Source of the DNA: Klebsormidium nitens
Lineage: Eukaryota; Plantae; Klebsormidiophyceae
Assembly (NCBI GenBank): GCA_000708835.1
Contig: DF237254.1
Span: 41,898-105,897, forward strand
Direction: 5' to 3'
DNA length: 64,000 bases
Shown: positions 43,918 to 56,897 of the stretch, piece by piece
Layout: every line of letters starts with the position of its first letter
Position numbering within the stretch: the first letter of the stretch is position 1
The notes under the pieces: model-generated
What the model was told of the DNA's origin: nothing
The model's database searches: none
Seen by the model: the letters and a program-made list of their open reading frames with translations, nothing else
Position numbers and translations under genes: made by a program

Positions 43918-45237
43918 ATGGCTGACGCAGCTTCCCCGAGGGTTTCAGGCATGGGTGCACTTCCTCCAGAGCTCAAGGCGCAGATAGTCTGCTTGGCTGT
44001 GACAAAGACGGGACAGCACGGTGCTTGCACTCTCGCATCATGCAAATTGGTTTCCAAGGAGTGGTGTAGCTATGCACGCCAGGCGAGCAAAGAGCTTTCC
44101 ATTAGCTCGATGGATAGCAGGCGAACGCATGTGTCGCACCTGCGAGCTGCTTTGCAGAGCAATCCTCAAGTTGACTCGCTATGCCTGTACACAGTTTATG
44201 ACACACCTTTTGCAGACTGGGGAGAAGTGATCTCTGCCCTTGCTCCCAGGAAGTGGGCCTCGATGTCTCTCGCCTGCGAAAGCTACTGCGAGCCCATTTC
44301 CCTCGCTGCATTGCTGTCCGCCTCCTGCAGCACTTTACAAACTCTTGAGCTAATAGATGCAGAGCTGGAGATCAGTGGACTTGACCAGGTGTTCCGGCAA
44401 AGCGTGAACCTGCAAAACATATATCTCAGTGGACATGGCGGATTATCCCCGCAGAAATTTGCCGCAGTTCTGGCTGATGCGGGCAGATGTCAGCAAGTAA
44501 AGAAACTTGTCTTTGATAATCTCCCGTACACTGGCGAGGAACGAGTCGTCTCTTTGCCTGACAGCCTCAACCTGATACCTACAACAATCCCAAGTCTAAG
44601 GGCGTTGTCCTTCACAGCCTCCGCCAGCATTTCAACGGAAGCGTATGTAGCTCTAGCCAGTGGCTTACCCTGCTTGGAGTTGCTGCGCATCATCGGAACT
44701 CAGCTCTCCCACTTGAATGATGCAGTTCTCTTCAGCATCTCAAGATGTTGTCCGCTACTCAAAGAGCTAGTGCTTGGGTCGCCCCTTGTCAGTCTGCGAT
44801 ACACAAATAGAGAAGCGCCTATTCAGATAACTGCAGTTGGGTTAGTGGCCATCCTTCAACAGTGCCCCTCCCTCACCTCTCTAAAACTTTCATGCCTTCC
44901 ACAAGTCAAAGAGGACGCCTGGCCAACTCTTCTCCATGAGATGTGCAACATTAAAACCCTCGAATGCCCCTGGATTTGCAAGGTCACTCCCGCATTCAGT
45001 GCCCTCAAGGAGCTGGAGCGTTTGGCACTTTATGACTGGGGGATCCAGATCATGGAACAAGTGGATTTGGAACAATTGGCACGCGTAGTCGGAGAACTGC
45101 CTAACATTCTGACGCTCCAGATATGCTCTGCAAAGTTGAAGACGGCAGAGATTGACGTTATGAAACCTCACATGCCTGGTGTTACCTTGGAAACGTATCT
45201 TAGGGAGGAGGAAAAATGGAGGTTACAGAAGCATTGA
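43918..45237 (+). CDS. Intronless F-box-like/LRR (RNI-like) protein, ~439 aa
   Basis: Single long ORF. N-terminal 'LPPELKAQI...LASCKLVSKEW' is F-box-like, followed by LxxLxL repeats (LQTLELID, LRALSF, LELLRI, LKELVLG, LTSLKLS, LKELERL). Confidence 0.75.
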   Translation: MADAASPRVSGMGALPPELKAQIVCLAVTKTGQHGACTLASCKLVSKEWCSYARQASKELSISSMDSRRTHVSHLRAALQSNPQVDSLCLYTVYDTPFADWGEVISALAPRKWASMSLACESYCEPISLAALLSASCSTLQTLELIDAELEISGLDQVFRQSVNLQNIYLSGHGGLSPQKFAAVLADAGRCQQVKKLVFDNLPYTGEERVVSLPDSLNLIPTTIPSLRALSFTASASISTEAYVALASGLPCLELLRIIGTQLSHLNDAVLFSISRCCPLLKELVLGSPLVSLRYTNREAPIQITAVGLVAILQQCPSLTSLKLSCLPQVKEDAWPTLLHEMCNIKTLECPWICKVTPAFSALKELERLALYDWGIQIMEQVDLEQLARVVGELPNILTLQICSAKLKTAEIDVMKPHMPGVTLETYLREEEKWRLQKH

Positions 45238-46196
45238 CTACATCCAGTCCGCGGACACTTGATAAACCTAGCTGATCAATTGGATAGATTGCGATTACGA
45301 GAGCTTGATTTTGCAAGCTGACATAGACCAGAGCAGACAAATCATCAAGGGCGTCTGCTGGTGAGCAGACAACATAATCATAACATGATATGCACATGTC
45401 ACCTCCATCAATTGGACTCGACGTTGACTAATTGGCACGATCGTGAACCGCACATGCATTGATTGAATGCGACGGTGCATGCCATGGCAGGTGTATAATG
45501 ATGCAGAGATATGCAACCGACTTCATTTCCGCATGTTAGGATCGTTGAAATTTCCAGGTTGAGCGCTGCTCGCTCATTATAGCTGACATGATATTACACT
45601 CTGCAGGTAGTAGCTCCCCCAAAACCAAAACTCCAGAACATACAGTAAGCATGTGTACGCGTGCACATCCTTTCTAGCTTTAGTTGGACAGGCTCAAGAA
45701 CGATCAGCTTCATGATCTACCCGCCAGCCTGCTTCATGGTAGGTGTAACGAGGCAAATTTGAGCATGCACATTTCCTCTACTATCTGGTGGATTATGCCA
45801 TGACAATCTGCACGAATGTTTAGGAGCTCTAAGCATCATGCTTAGAGCAGCGATACCTTCTGAATATGGGAGAATCCTGACAAAGAGATCGTCGAGATTT
45901 GGATTGAATGGAGCTCGATCATATGTTCGACCCTATCCAGACATGGGCTCCGTCTTCACTCAAATTATCTAGAAGCAACTCAGATGTACTCGTGTTGACC
46001 AAGTTCCTCCACGACAAACTCAGATACCTCTCCCTTGGGGTTGCCAAAAATCTGCGGGAAGAGATAGAGAATGAGCTCTCAATTGTCGAACTTCTTTATA
46101 AAGGTTTGTCGCTTGAAGCTCTGAGCAGCAATACCCTTGAATCCACACAAGATTGAAAAAGTAGGTTGGGGTGCAACTTAACTGCCCCTCACCGCT

Positions 46197-49100
46197 TCAG
46201 AAAGTACCAGATCCGAGTCGAATCTAGGAAACGTGCTGCTTACTCTCATGATAGCTGGATCCTCGGGAGTTCCCGGCACACCCCAAAACGTTCCGTGCCC
46301 CCAGCTATATTAGCAATCACGCATGAACGCATCCGTGAGATGAAGAAATCGTGATGGTACAAAAAGCAGGGCCGTCAAGCTACCGCAGCTAGTGAGTACG
46401 TACCTGTTCTCTATCGATGGCTGCCAGGACCTTGTACTCGGTGCGCTTATCGTACAAGGCTTTCATTACCTGCAAGAACAACAAGGAACGTACATCTGCG
46501 ATAAACCCACCGGTAAAATTCCTAATGGGCATCATCACCAACCAGCCGTTGACAAAAGCAGATTCTGCACCATAGGGTCGTACACGCTGCTTGGGGACTC
46601 TCAAACTTGTTCGATCACGCTGCTCCTGCCGAGCATCTGAGTCTCCGACTCTCATTAAGAGATCAGTTGCGAGTATAAAGCCCAAAAATTATTCGAACTT
46701 CTTTCAATAAAAGTAACACTAGGCAGTCGTTGCACAAGCGCTTCAATGTACCTCTAATCGACTAAACCGTTTCCTCCGTTTCCTTCAACAGGTCCTAAGT
46801 CATTCTTCATTCAAGCGGATAGTCATGCAGGAAACGACCGTGCATAGAATCCGCCAACACCGTATGCAATCCGGAAATATGCACTGAGGAGGCAAAACGT
46901 GGGTGGTCGCTAACCAATTGTGCAACGTCCGCCCGGTGGATGGCCCCGACCATGCTCCGGTCTTCCGTCAGGAAGCCCTTCTTAGTTGCGGGCTGCACGG
47001 TGGAAGACAAGAGCCACAAGCTTAATCAGGTTTATTTTGGCATCAGCTTTCAAAAGCGTCAGCATCTTTGACGGGCAACACGCTGCACTTTGCCAACGTG
47101 AATTCTCCCCTTGGCTGTTCCCTTACAAACTGACTGCTACTCTGACGGCTCAAGTCGTATCAGGAGAGCTCAAATACGCTGCGTTACCCAACCTAGAAGG
47201 CGTGCAGGCATGTACCCTTTGCAAGCACGGTTTTGGTTAGAAGGGGGGAGGGACAAGACAAAATTTAGAGAGGAAAGCTTGTTCGAATGTCAATGCTGAC
47301 GGCTGAGGACGAGATTACCAACATCGACAGTACCCTTCAGACAAAATCGAGGGGCGCTCCAAGCTGGTCGGGACAGAAAGTTCGTTTTGTGGATTGCCAC
47401 TGACCTCAGATTTCAGCCCCCCGGGCCGAATAATCGTCCACACGAGGCCGCTGGCTTTCAACGCTTCCTCCGCTTTCTCCTTCTCCTTCAACACGGGCCC
47501 CAAGACCTCCTTCTCCTGAAGAGAGTTCTCGAGTCAGCGCACGGGTAGACTAATTATCCAGACCTACAGCACGCGGCTTCTAGGACTTGTGCACACGAGC
47601 CTTGTCCCTGCCGTCAAAAAGGTGCTTCTGCTTTTTGCACCTCACTGCAGATGAATTTTAGGGGGGGGAGTTTGCATACATGCGGTTTCTCTAACGTCTT
47701 CCGAAACCGGTGAAAGAACACTCTCTGTGGTCACGGTTGCTTGAATATCTCCGTACTCGCTGTTGAGGAACTTACTCTACGTTTTTAACGGTAATACATA
47801 TGCTTAACTTCAAACCACGGTCAAATCGGTCGGAAACGGTTCTACCCTAAGAGACTCTATACAAGCGAAACACGGCTTGCCTTGAAAGGGGCGAAAAGAA
47901 GCACAACCTGGGACCCCAGTGCAGAGAAGGCGACAGCAAAACCAGAACAGAAAGTTCGCAAGGTTTGTCTGCGTCCTGGGAGAAAGCGTCTACGATCATT
48001 CACCGGTGGGGGAAGCCATCTGAACACTCAGCTTCTGTGGGCCTTACCTTATCGGGGATGGCATCCCAGCTGTCACCCGTTCCTATGCTCGTCACCTGGT
48101 ACCACGCAGGTACGACTTTTAGTGGTGAAACTAGCCTCTGTTCAAGAGAAACATGCGCAGGAGCAGAAAGGTCCCACCTAGAAACCTGAATCCCTGAAAC
48201 CCTAAAGCCCTAAACCCCCACATCTGACAGGCAGACGGGCAGACTATCTGTGGAAGCTTGTCCTTCACATGGTCAACACTGGGAACTTCAGATGCACTAT
48301 CCAGTCTCCCTTATCGGCGCACGAGTTCGACACTCATTCCAATCTCCGAGCGAGACACAACACGACGAAGCACACAGATTTCAGAACCTGATCCGATCCT
48401 GGGAATTTGTGCTCGAAGTCACTGAGGAGCACTACGTTGACGAGTTGGCTCTACCGTCTTTACAAGCAGAGACACACGCCAACGGAACGAGCTTACCAGG
48501 ATGAATTTCTTGATTCCGGCCTTCTTTGCAGCGTTTATCAAGTTGATGTTCCCTTCCTGCAATGATGAAATGACGGCATCTCAGTTTGTCGACTATTTGT
48601 AACGGACCCTCTCCGTGACCATAGAGGTCCAAATTACCGCGTGCATGCTAGCAAAGAGGGAAACACCATGTACATGAAGAAGACAGTCTGCAGGAAAGGC
48701 AGATTAGAATGATGAGAGCCCGACGAACAAAGACGATCTCCTGCAAGATTTATCAGAAGCAGGTAGGAGTACTGCATTCACGGCAACCCCGTGGGGCGCC
48801 TCATTCAACACTTTGCTTGCGCAATCAGGCAGCGACGACCATCTAGCCCAAGTCGTGTCAGTAATGATGACTGGGCGCAGCAAAGGCGGAGAGGGCTTAC
48901 CGAGTCAACGTGGATGTCCTTGATGCCCCCCCCTGCATACACAAAAGCACCGCTTTCAGTTGATGGCTTCAGAATCTGAAACTGGTGCATCAGGGATGAA
49001 TGATTTCTCCGGCCTCCAAAGGTAGCACCCTCGGAGCGATTTCACTCAATCTGACATGCCAGAATAGAGTTCTGATATATTGTCCTCAGCGTAATAACCA

Positions 49101-50233
49101 ATCGCCAAACGTTGCACATTAAAAGCGGCTCAGTTGTATCGAATTCTGACTGCCTTCTTCGAAACACGTCATGCACAGCTCGGAAGACATTGAGCAATCT
49201 ACTAGAATCAAAGAAACGGATTCTACACCCGTTCAATGCTCTCTCTCTCTCACTTCCCAACACCATACATGGTGCTTGTTTCGCAGCGACTCACCAACCG
49301 TAGAGATGACCGCGTCCAGCTCCTTGTTTCGCATGGCCCGATCGATTGTCTCCGGCTTGAGCAGGTCCCCGACCGCGAGCATGGCTCCGAGGCCCTCAAT
49401 CTCGGNNNNNNNNNNNNNNNNNNNNNNNNNNNNNNNNNNNNNNNNNNNNNNNNNNNNNNNNNNNNNNNNNNNNNNNNNNNNNNNNNNNNNNNNNNNNNNN
49501 NNNNNNNNNNNNNNNNNNNNNNNNNNNNNNNNNNNNNNNNNNNNNNNNNNNNNNNNNNNNNNNNNNNNNNNNNNNNNNNNNNNNNNNNNNNNNNNNNNNN
49601 NNNNNNNNNNNNNNNNNNNNNNNNNNNNNNNNNNNNNNNNNNNNNNNNNNNNNNNNNNNNNNNNNNNNNNNNNNNNNNNNNNNNNNNNNNNNNNNNNNNN
49701 NNNNNNNNNNNNNNNNNNNNNNNNNNNNNNNNNNNNNNNNNNNNNNNNNNNNNNNNNNNNNNNNNNNNNNNNNNNNNNNNNNNNNNNNNNNNNNNNNNNN
49801 NNNNNNNNNNNNNNNNNNNNNNNNNNNNNNNNNNNNNNNNNNNNNNNNNNNNNNNNNNNNNNNNNNNNNNNNNNNNNNNNNNNNNNNNNNNNNNNNNNNN
49901 NNNNNNNNNNNNNNNNNNNNNNNNNNNNNNNNNNNNNNNNNNNNNNNNNNNNNNNNNNNNNNNNNNNNNNNNNNNNNNNNNNNNNNNNNNNNNNNNNNNN
50001 NNNNNNNNNNNNNNNNNNNNNNNNNNNNNNNNNNNNNNNNNNNNNNNNNNNNNNNNNNNNNNNNNNNNNNNNNNNGCGAGCATGGCTCCGAGGCCCTCAA
50101 TCTCGGACCGGAACTTCTCGTGCCGCTGGAGGGCCGTCACCCAGGCGCCCGCAGCTGACAGCTGGCGCACCAAGTCCATCCCCACGCCGCCGCCGCCCGC
50201 GACAAAAACTGCAAAAGGAACAGGGTCAGCCAT
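46197..50233 (-). CDS. NAD(P)-binding Rossmann-fold protein (atypical SDR, NAD_binding_10-like)
   Basis: Exon 1 ([10 protein letters not shown]...) spans the N gap. Later exons: [11 protein letters not shown] (~48933), [20 protein letters not shown] (~48550), VTSIGTGDS (~48094), [21 protein letters not shown] (~47517), [11 protein letters not shown] (~46995), [19 protein letters not shown] (~46471), then a probable last exon 46223-46197. Confidence 0.85.
48181..48220 (+). repeat. About 5 degenerate CCCTAAA (TTTAGGG) units, interstitial telomere-like
   Basis: gaaacctgaatccctgaaaccctaaagccctaaaccccc. Confidence 0.7.
49406..50075. other. Assembly gap (670 N) flanked by an identical 31-nt sequence
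   Basis: gcgagcatggctccgaggccctcaatctcgg occurs at 49375-49405 and again at 50076-50106. Confidence 0.95.
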
Positions 50234-52287
50234 GAATATGTGATTTGAATCAACAGAAAAGAGGGGGATGATTCAGTCACAAGAATCAGTGAAAGCCGCG
50301 TCTCTGTCTAGAGGAACAACGACTAAAAGGGGAGCAAAGCTTGTTGTATTGTCCTTGGTTTGAAGGCGATCCCCACGAATGAGATGTCGTTGGCTCTCGG
50401 CGCCTCAACCTCATGCAAGCCCTTCGACTTCTTCATAGGCAAAGTCCGAGATGCTTCCTCACATCACCCAAACACTTCGTTCAAACTGCGACCGAAGGCA
50501 ACTGCCCAATTTCAGTATGATGGCAGGCATACGAAGAAGTCTATGCAATAGAGGGCGAGCGCATTTAAGGGCTCACCGCTTGAGTTGTCCGGCGTAATGT
50601 CGCCCTCTTCCGTTGCGTTCCTGACGACTGACCGCTGCTCAGACCGCCTCATGGCCGCTTGCCTTGGGTCTGAAATCTTGGCCCCAGAGAAGGTGGAGGC
50701 CGCAGTGGATGACAGCTCAAAGCGGCAAGCGACTCTGGAGTTGCTGGAAGGCTGCCATACTGCATTTGAGAGACATAAGCGCGCAGGGATCAACCTGGAA
50801 GTTTTTCCATTCCATTGACGTACCACAATTGCCCCAACCCTGTGCCAGAAGATTGATAAAAGCAATAACCTGTTTCCTTGTCCACTCATGAAAGTGATTT
50901 CCAGCCACATCTGACAGTCTTTGGAGCAGGCAAGAGCCATCATGGTCCACGTGTCAGAAAAGGAGGGCGTGCTCACGTGAATGGACTCGCGAGCATGTCG
51001 GTCTCCTTGCTGCTTGGGATTCGAAGGACTGCCTGCCTTGCAGTCCAAGAATACCTGCAGTACATGGAGAAGAATCAGGATGCGTACTTGAGAGTTCGCA
51101 GCATTACGTTCCCGCATTCAGCTGGCTCCAATAATCACAGTGGGGCGGTCAACAAGGCAACATTGTCACTTCCTGTCCCTCGGTCTCCTTTTTGCAATTG
51201 AAAACCCCGCGGAGCCTGTGGCGTGCAATCAATGCTGCCCTCCAATATGTTAAGAAGCCCTTTCCCCCAAAGCAACCGCGTGCTCCTTGCAAACAAACTG
51301 TTCTGATAAGGAGCCCGTTCCAAGCTCCTCCAAAGAGCAACTTCCGACCAGATTGTGATAAGCATTTGAACACAAGTGCTGTAAGTTGCCAATGTCACAA
51401 CATGGCCTTGTACCTTTTCAACCAAAAAGACTTTGCATTGTGAGCAATGCCAAGGCTCAAACCGTTTTTGCCACCTCCACACCTCAGTGCATATTCACAA
51501 ACGCGTTTTGAAACGAGCCACATGAATATCATTCCCTGTGAGAAAGGCAGCAATAAGGAAACATTCACCATTGACTTACAAGTTGGCTGCTTCTTCCATA
51601 CACATTTGTTTTGAAAGTCAGTCTCAATGCTCACCTGCAGAGGAGCTTTTCACAACAGCCGCCATAGCCATGACGAACAGGAGCTCCAATATTGGCTCCT
51701 CCGCAGCTCTTGCAAAACCCTGCTGTCGTTCTCCTCACGTTCAGCAGGAAAAAGCAGCAGTTGTGTCACTGTAATCCTTTCAATTTCAAAGGAGCTTCAT
51801 CGATTGATCTACCTATCCTAGGACCTAGCTGCTTTACACCGGGCGCACATGCAAGGAATGGGAAAATGCAGCTATAAACTGCTGGAGTCCGCATTGCATG
51901 CTTTGTGAATCGTTGATTCGGAGGGCCAGCAAACATCGTCCCTCGATGATATACGAAGTCTCTCCGATAGAAAACCTCTTATCCGTCCGATCCATCGATA
52001 GCGCCTTCACACTCACACAGAGCGCATCTTCACACTCGCCACCGTCTGCAAAGGAAAGAGTTTGAGGCCCAGCCTCATCAGCCTTGGCTCTAGCCTCGTG
52101 AGCAGGAAGGTGCAATTTGCAAGCGGCTTGCAAGCAAGCTGGATTGTCAATAGTCACCAATTGAGTACAAATTGAGACAAAGTGGCTTGGTTTAGAATCG
52201 CTTATCTCATCGGTTGAAGTTGTTGATTGATCAGGGGCTGTTTCGGTCTGCAGCGGCAGCGCTCTTAGGGAATTACAGCAAGCAGCC

Positions 52288-54703
52288 ATGGCGCGATACG
52301 ATCGTGCCATCACTGTCTTCTCTCCTGATGGCCACCTGTTTCAGGTAGAGTATGCGCTGGAAGCAGTCAAAAAGGGAACCACGGCGGTAGGGGTGAGGGG
52401 CAAGGACACCATAGTCCTGGGTGTGGAGAAGAAATCAACCGTCAAGCTCCAAGACCCCAGGTGAGCATCGCTTGTGCTTACTGATTAGTGAATTTGTCTT
52501 GAGCATTTGAATTGACATACGTGCTGGATTGTCTTTCAACAACGTAAGTTCTGTTGATTGGCAGGACGGGGCATCTTCCACCAGATCATTTTTTCCTGAA
52601 TAGAGATTTCTATTGACGTTGTCATTCTGCGGCGATGATTGCGCACCACCACGTGGGTCTGCTTGGCAGAAGTTGCACATGACGTGAGGCTAAAATCTGA
52701 TTGACGTACGCCAGAAGCATTTTTGCATCAAGTGTACAAGAAAATCTTGTATCCTTAGGTTGTGCAATCATGGCTATCTGTTTCAGTTCTTGGCATGAGA
52801 AAGTGGCTCTTTGGCAATGAAAGAGAGTAAATATCTTGCAGCATATCTTTTTGCTAGCAACCAGAAAGAAGTTCGGGGGGGAGTTAGTATTGCTCCTACA
52901 AGGAAGTTGCAGCTTGTCGCTGACTCTGTGCTGCAGGTTGAGTGTTGCAGTATGGCTGCCATTGAAGGTGTCAATTAACCTTCTAACAATTAGTGGGCAG
53001 ATGCATGCCAACCACTATAACACTTGAGCGACATATTCACAGTGCCGTACCCAAGGAATCCTGACTTGACTCCCCATAAAGACCAGAGACCTGTAAGGCT
53101 TTTGAGGCAATGCGTAAGACAAAACCTTTACGCACTAAAGCATTTTGATGGCGTACGCAACTAATTACCTTCCCTCTCTCCCTCTCCAGAACGGTGCGCA
53201 AGATCCACAAACTGGATGAGCATGTGTGCCTGGCTTTTGCTGGCCTTACAGCGGACGCTCGTGTGCTCGTGAACCGAGCTCGGGTGGCATGTCAGAGCCA
53301 TCGGTTGACCCTGGAGGATCCTGTGACGGTTGAGTACATCACGCGGTACATAGCAGGAGTACAACAGAGATACACACAGAGCGGAGGGGTGCGGCCTTTT
53401 GGAATCTCCACCCTGATTGTTGGCTTCGACCCGCACACCCATACGCCACAGCTCTATCAGGTGAGCGGGCTGCGGAAAGATGCTGCCGTGGGTTCACGCA
53501 TTTATGTGACCTGCTATTCCGTATGTCGGATACGAGCAGTCGATGTAAGCGACTGTCGGCTGCGTTGAGTCTTTTGAAGGACTAGCTTCAAAGTGATCCG
53601 TATAGGGATGCGAATGGTGATTCTTCCACAGCCACTCTAAGCTCACTCTAATGGAGTCCAAGTGCTTACTTCCCACGGCTCTTTTCATCTTTATCAATCT
53701 TCGATAACCAACTCAAGAGGCAACTGAGCTGCTTTGTCAGTACAGAATTCCCTTCTCGAGTCTCTTGTAGACGCCTTTACAAGCCTGTGCTTTGAAGATG
53801 AGTTCTCAGGGACTGCGCCAGGTGCTTATTGCGAGTTCGGGAAGTACTGGATCTGCGACTTCCAAAGGCAGCGTGTCAGGCAGTGAGCTGAAAACAACCC
53901 GTGTTTGTCCTGCAGACGGATCCCTCAGGAACATACTCCGCTTGGAAGGCAAACGCGACGGGGCGCAACTCCAAGACGGTCCGGGAGTTCCTGGAGAAGA
54001 ACTACGAGGAGACGTCCGGCGAGGCCACCATCAAGTTGGCGGTGCGGGCGCTCCTGGAGACTGTGGAGAGCGGGGGGAAGAACATCGAGATTGCCGTCAT
54101 GACAAGGTGAGCGACTACTCTTGTGCAACTTAGTGGATGCATTGATTGGTTAGGCCACTGCTGTTGCCGGTGAACGTGGGCTTAGGGGCAGTGTGTACCC
54201 CACAACTTCTTAGCTACAATCGAGGAATGTCTCGGGTCTTTCCTTAGATCATTAACCTTCCGAGAGAGGTAGAACGTACCAAAAGCTTGGTTCGATGCTG
54301 GTGTGTGATCCAAAGATTTTCAGTGTAAGCAAGCCACTGGGGTTACTAAGGTGCTAAGATCCCATTAGCTCAGACGGACAAAGTTCACGTAAGGAGTCTT
54401 TTCGTGTGCATGACCTGCCTCCGTATCTCTGCCTGATGTTACCTATCTGCGCTCATAGATTGGGGTCAGAGTGACCCGTCTGCTTGCTTTGCTTATTCTG
54501 CAAGGATCGGAAGACAGTCCTAACTTCAAACCCCGTGCTGCAGAGACAAGGGTTTGACGATACTCGACGAGGCGCAAGTAGAGGCGATTGTGGCCGCCAT
54601 TGAAGAGGAGAAGGCAGAGAGCGAGAAGAACAAGGGCAAGGGGGCTCAACAAGCTAAGAAGAAGGTAGAGGAAACCCCTGCAACGCCCCCCGAGATTGAG
54701 TGA
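52288..54703 (+). CDS. PAD1: 20S proteasome subunit alpha-4 (PSMA7 type)
   Basis: [27 protein letters not shown]; exons ~52288-52460, ~53191-53460, ~53916-54106, 54544-54703; [32 protein letters not shown]. Confidence 0.95.
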
Positions 54704-55589
54704 TCAGATGCGCGACTGCGATGAGCCCCACTGACTTTTGCCTTCTTTCTTGAGAGGCGGAACTTTCTTTCTTTATGCAAGTCAAGAGCTGAGTCAAACG
54801 CGCTGGGCGTGAATCCAGAAGTTGGATTTTCTGTGTTCATTGGTGCATTTGTACGCTCGATGATGATTGAAATCCGCAAACTTCAAGTCGAAGACTGTCG
54901 TGTCAGGGGTTGTATGATGCAGCCAATAGATTAGGCCACCAGCTCCTCTTCTCGTTGCTACGAAGTGAATGTGAAAGAGCGCTCATCTTGTCTCTCAGGA
55001 GTCGTACAGCTCCTCAATAAGTCAGATCGATTATCCGAAGTCTTCAAATATGCATTGAGGCGGTTGCAGACCGAGATTGCAAGGTCTGTTGTCATGCGCC
55101 GGCATATCATGGACTGTGCTCGCTGTAGGATTTGACACAGAATGTAGCCATGGTACGTTTAATTATAGGGCAACACGTGTGACGTATGCTGTCATTTATT
55201 ACATCTGCACGTGCCCGATTACATGCTTCCAATCGTCGGACATGCACTTCAGTCAGTCGTTTTGCAATTATTAATTGCGGTGCAATTTCCAGGCCGTTGA
55301 CTTTGAGTGGGTGCTGTGACGGTGTCACTATAATAGGGCATGGCGCAAAATGAGGCAGTTCCATGCCATGCATCTTATTTTGGCATGGCGAGATTTGTGC
55401 GCTCATGCAGTTTGTTTTGAAATTGTCTAGTCGACTTTGCTCAAAAATGTTTTAAAGGCAATTAATCAAAGTGTGCCGTCAAAGTCCTGCTCAATTCACG
55501 TAAAGTGGGCGACCGCTGTCGACGCACTTTGTTGTATGAATTTCCGTATACCCTGGCGGAAAGGGAGTATTCTTTGCACGAAACAAGAC

Positions 55590-56897
55590 TCATGTAATGT
55601 GGCGGTTGGCAGCTTCAGTTGACGGAGGAGCTTCCTCCAGATTGGGCCGTTGATCCCTCAGCGATTGCAAGACGCTCTCATCAAAAGCATGCGGAAAGTA
55701 TTTGATGATGCGTGCACGCAAAACTCTGCAAAGTAAAAGTTGAAAGTCATTACTGTCCAGCAGGGACATCCACTGAACTTGGCCCATGCCTGTTCCAAAG
55801 TTCCTAATGCAAGATCAAAAAGGCGTGTTAGTCGCAGCTAGGGGAGCAACACTCTGGGCAACCATGTCGGAAGACTTTGACTGCGCAATCACACTTGCCA
55901 TCTGACTTGTCAAGAACGAATTCTCAGCATGAGTGCAGAAAGATGCAATGACGTCAGAGCTCGCTTCACAGACTACAACGGAAACACTTCCCGGAAATTG
56001 AGATGATGATGGTCCAACGGTGCGCTTACCTTATCTTCCGGAAGATGTAGTCCAAATCAAAGCGCATCTCTTTCAGAATCTTCGTGTTCACTGAAAAGTT
56101 GCGCGCCACCTCAGCATAGCTTTGAGCGGACGAGTCGTTAAAGTGAGCGAGTACAGCGTGGCTGTTCTCAAGTAGACTCAGTCTGCAAACAAAGTTCAGA
56201 CTTTCTCTCCTTGATGGTAGCGGGTTGACAGCAAACGTCGTGGAGCGACCTTGTGTTTGGGGTATGATACAGTTTCAATTAGTCACTGTCACTGTGCCCC
56301 TTTCAGATAGATGATACCAATGGATGAAGCTCACTATCTAATTGATTTAACGAAGATGAAAGTTTGCTCTCTTGGAAGTCAAGGAAAAGAGAGGTTGGTG
56401 CTGGGCATCCAGGAAAGGTTCAATCATTCTTGCCCCAGGGAAGGGCTGTCGATCAATGGTGAAATGAAGCTAGTTCTTCTGAAGTAGCTTCTTTTGGTGG
56501 CAAGTTACTCAAGATCTTCGATGAACATAATCCCACTGCATCGGCAGATCACACTTCCAGGTGCGGCTTAATAATATGTGGGATGCAACTTGCAGTACGT
56601 TGGTATTAGCTATTGGTCTCTTTCTGCGCCCACGGCAAGCAGAGCAGATTGCAAAGCGGGAAACAATCATGTTCGCTTGGTAGGATGTACATTCTAGCTT
56701 CTTCCTGAGGAAATCAATGTAGAGCACTAGCAACATGGGCCTTGGCAGATCCCCAGCAACATTAATAAGTGGCAAGAAAACAAGTACGTCGGTACTTACA
56801 TCTGCAATTGGAGCCCCTTCAACTTTTCCACATCTCCCTTGTCCATCAGACGCTCCACCTCGCTCACGAGCGCTTCCGCACCGCGTGCTTCCGCCAT
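55590..56897 (-). CDS. KXD1: KxDL-motif-containing protein (BORC/BLOC-1 associated), 128 aa
   Basis: Exons 56897-56800, 56182-56030 and 55725-55590 splice in frame: ...LQLQILSLLENSHAVLAHFN...NTKILKEMRFDLDYIFRKIRVLRARIIKYFPHAF...DQRPNLE. This matches my recollection of the plant KxDL family. Mostly missed by the ORF track. Confidence 0.85.

Noticed and set aside
45908-46156. 82-aa + strand ORF with a helical-looking stretch
   Set aside because: It lies antisense to the likely 3' UTR of the Rossmann gene, with no homology I can recognise.
49171-50243. Long ORFs full of X
   Set aside because: Artefacts of translating the N gap.
50512-52313. Several ORFs between the NAD(P)-binding gene and the proteasome gene
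   Set aside because: No recognisable motifs, no consistent splice model and no codon bias. Probably promoter/UTR DNA, though a decayed gene cannot be excluded.
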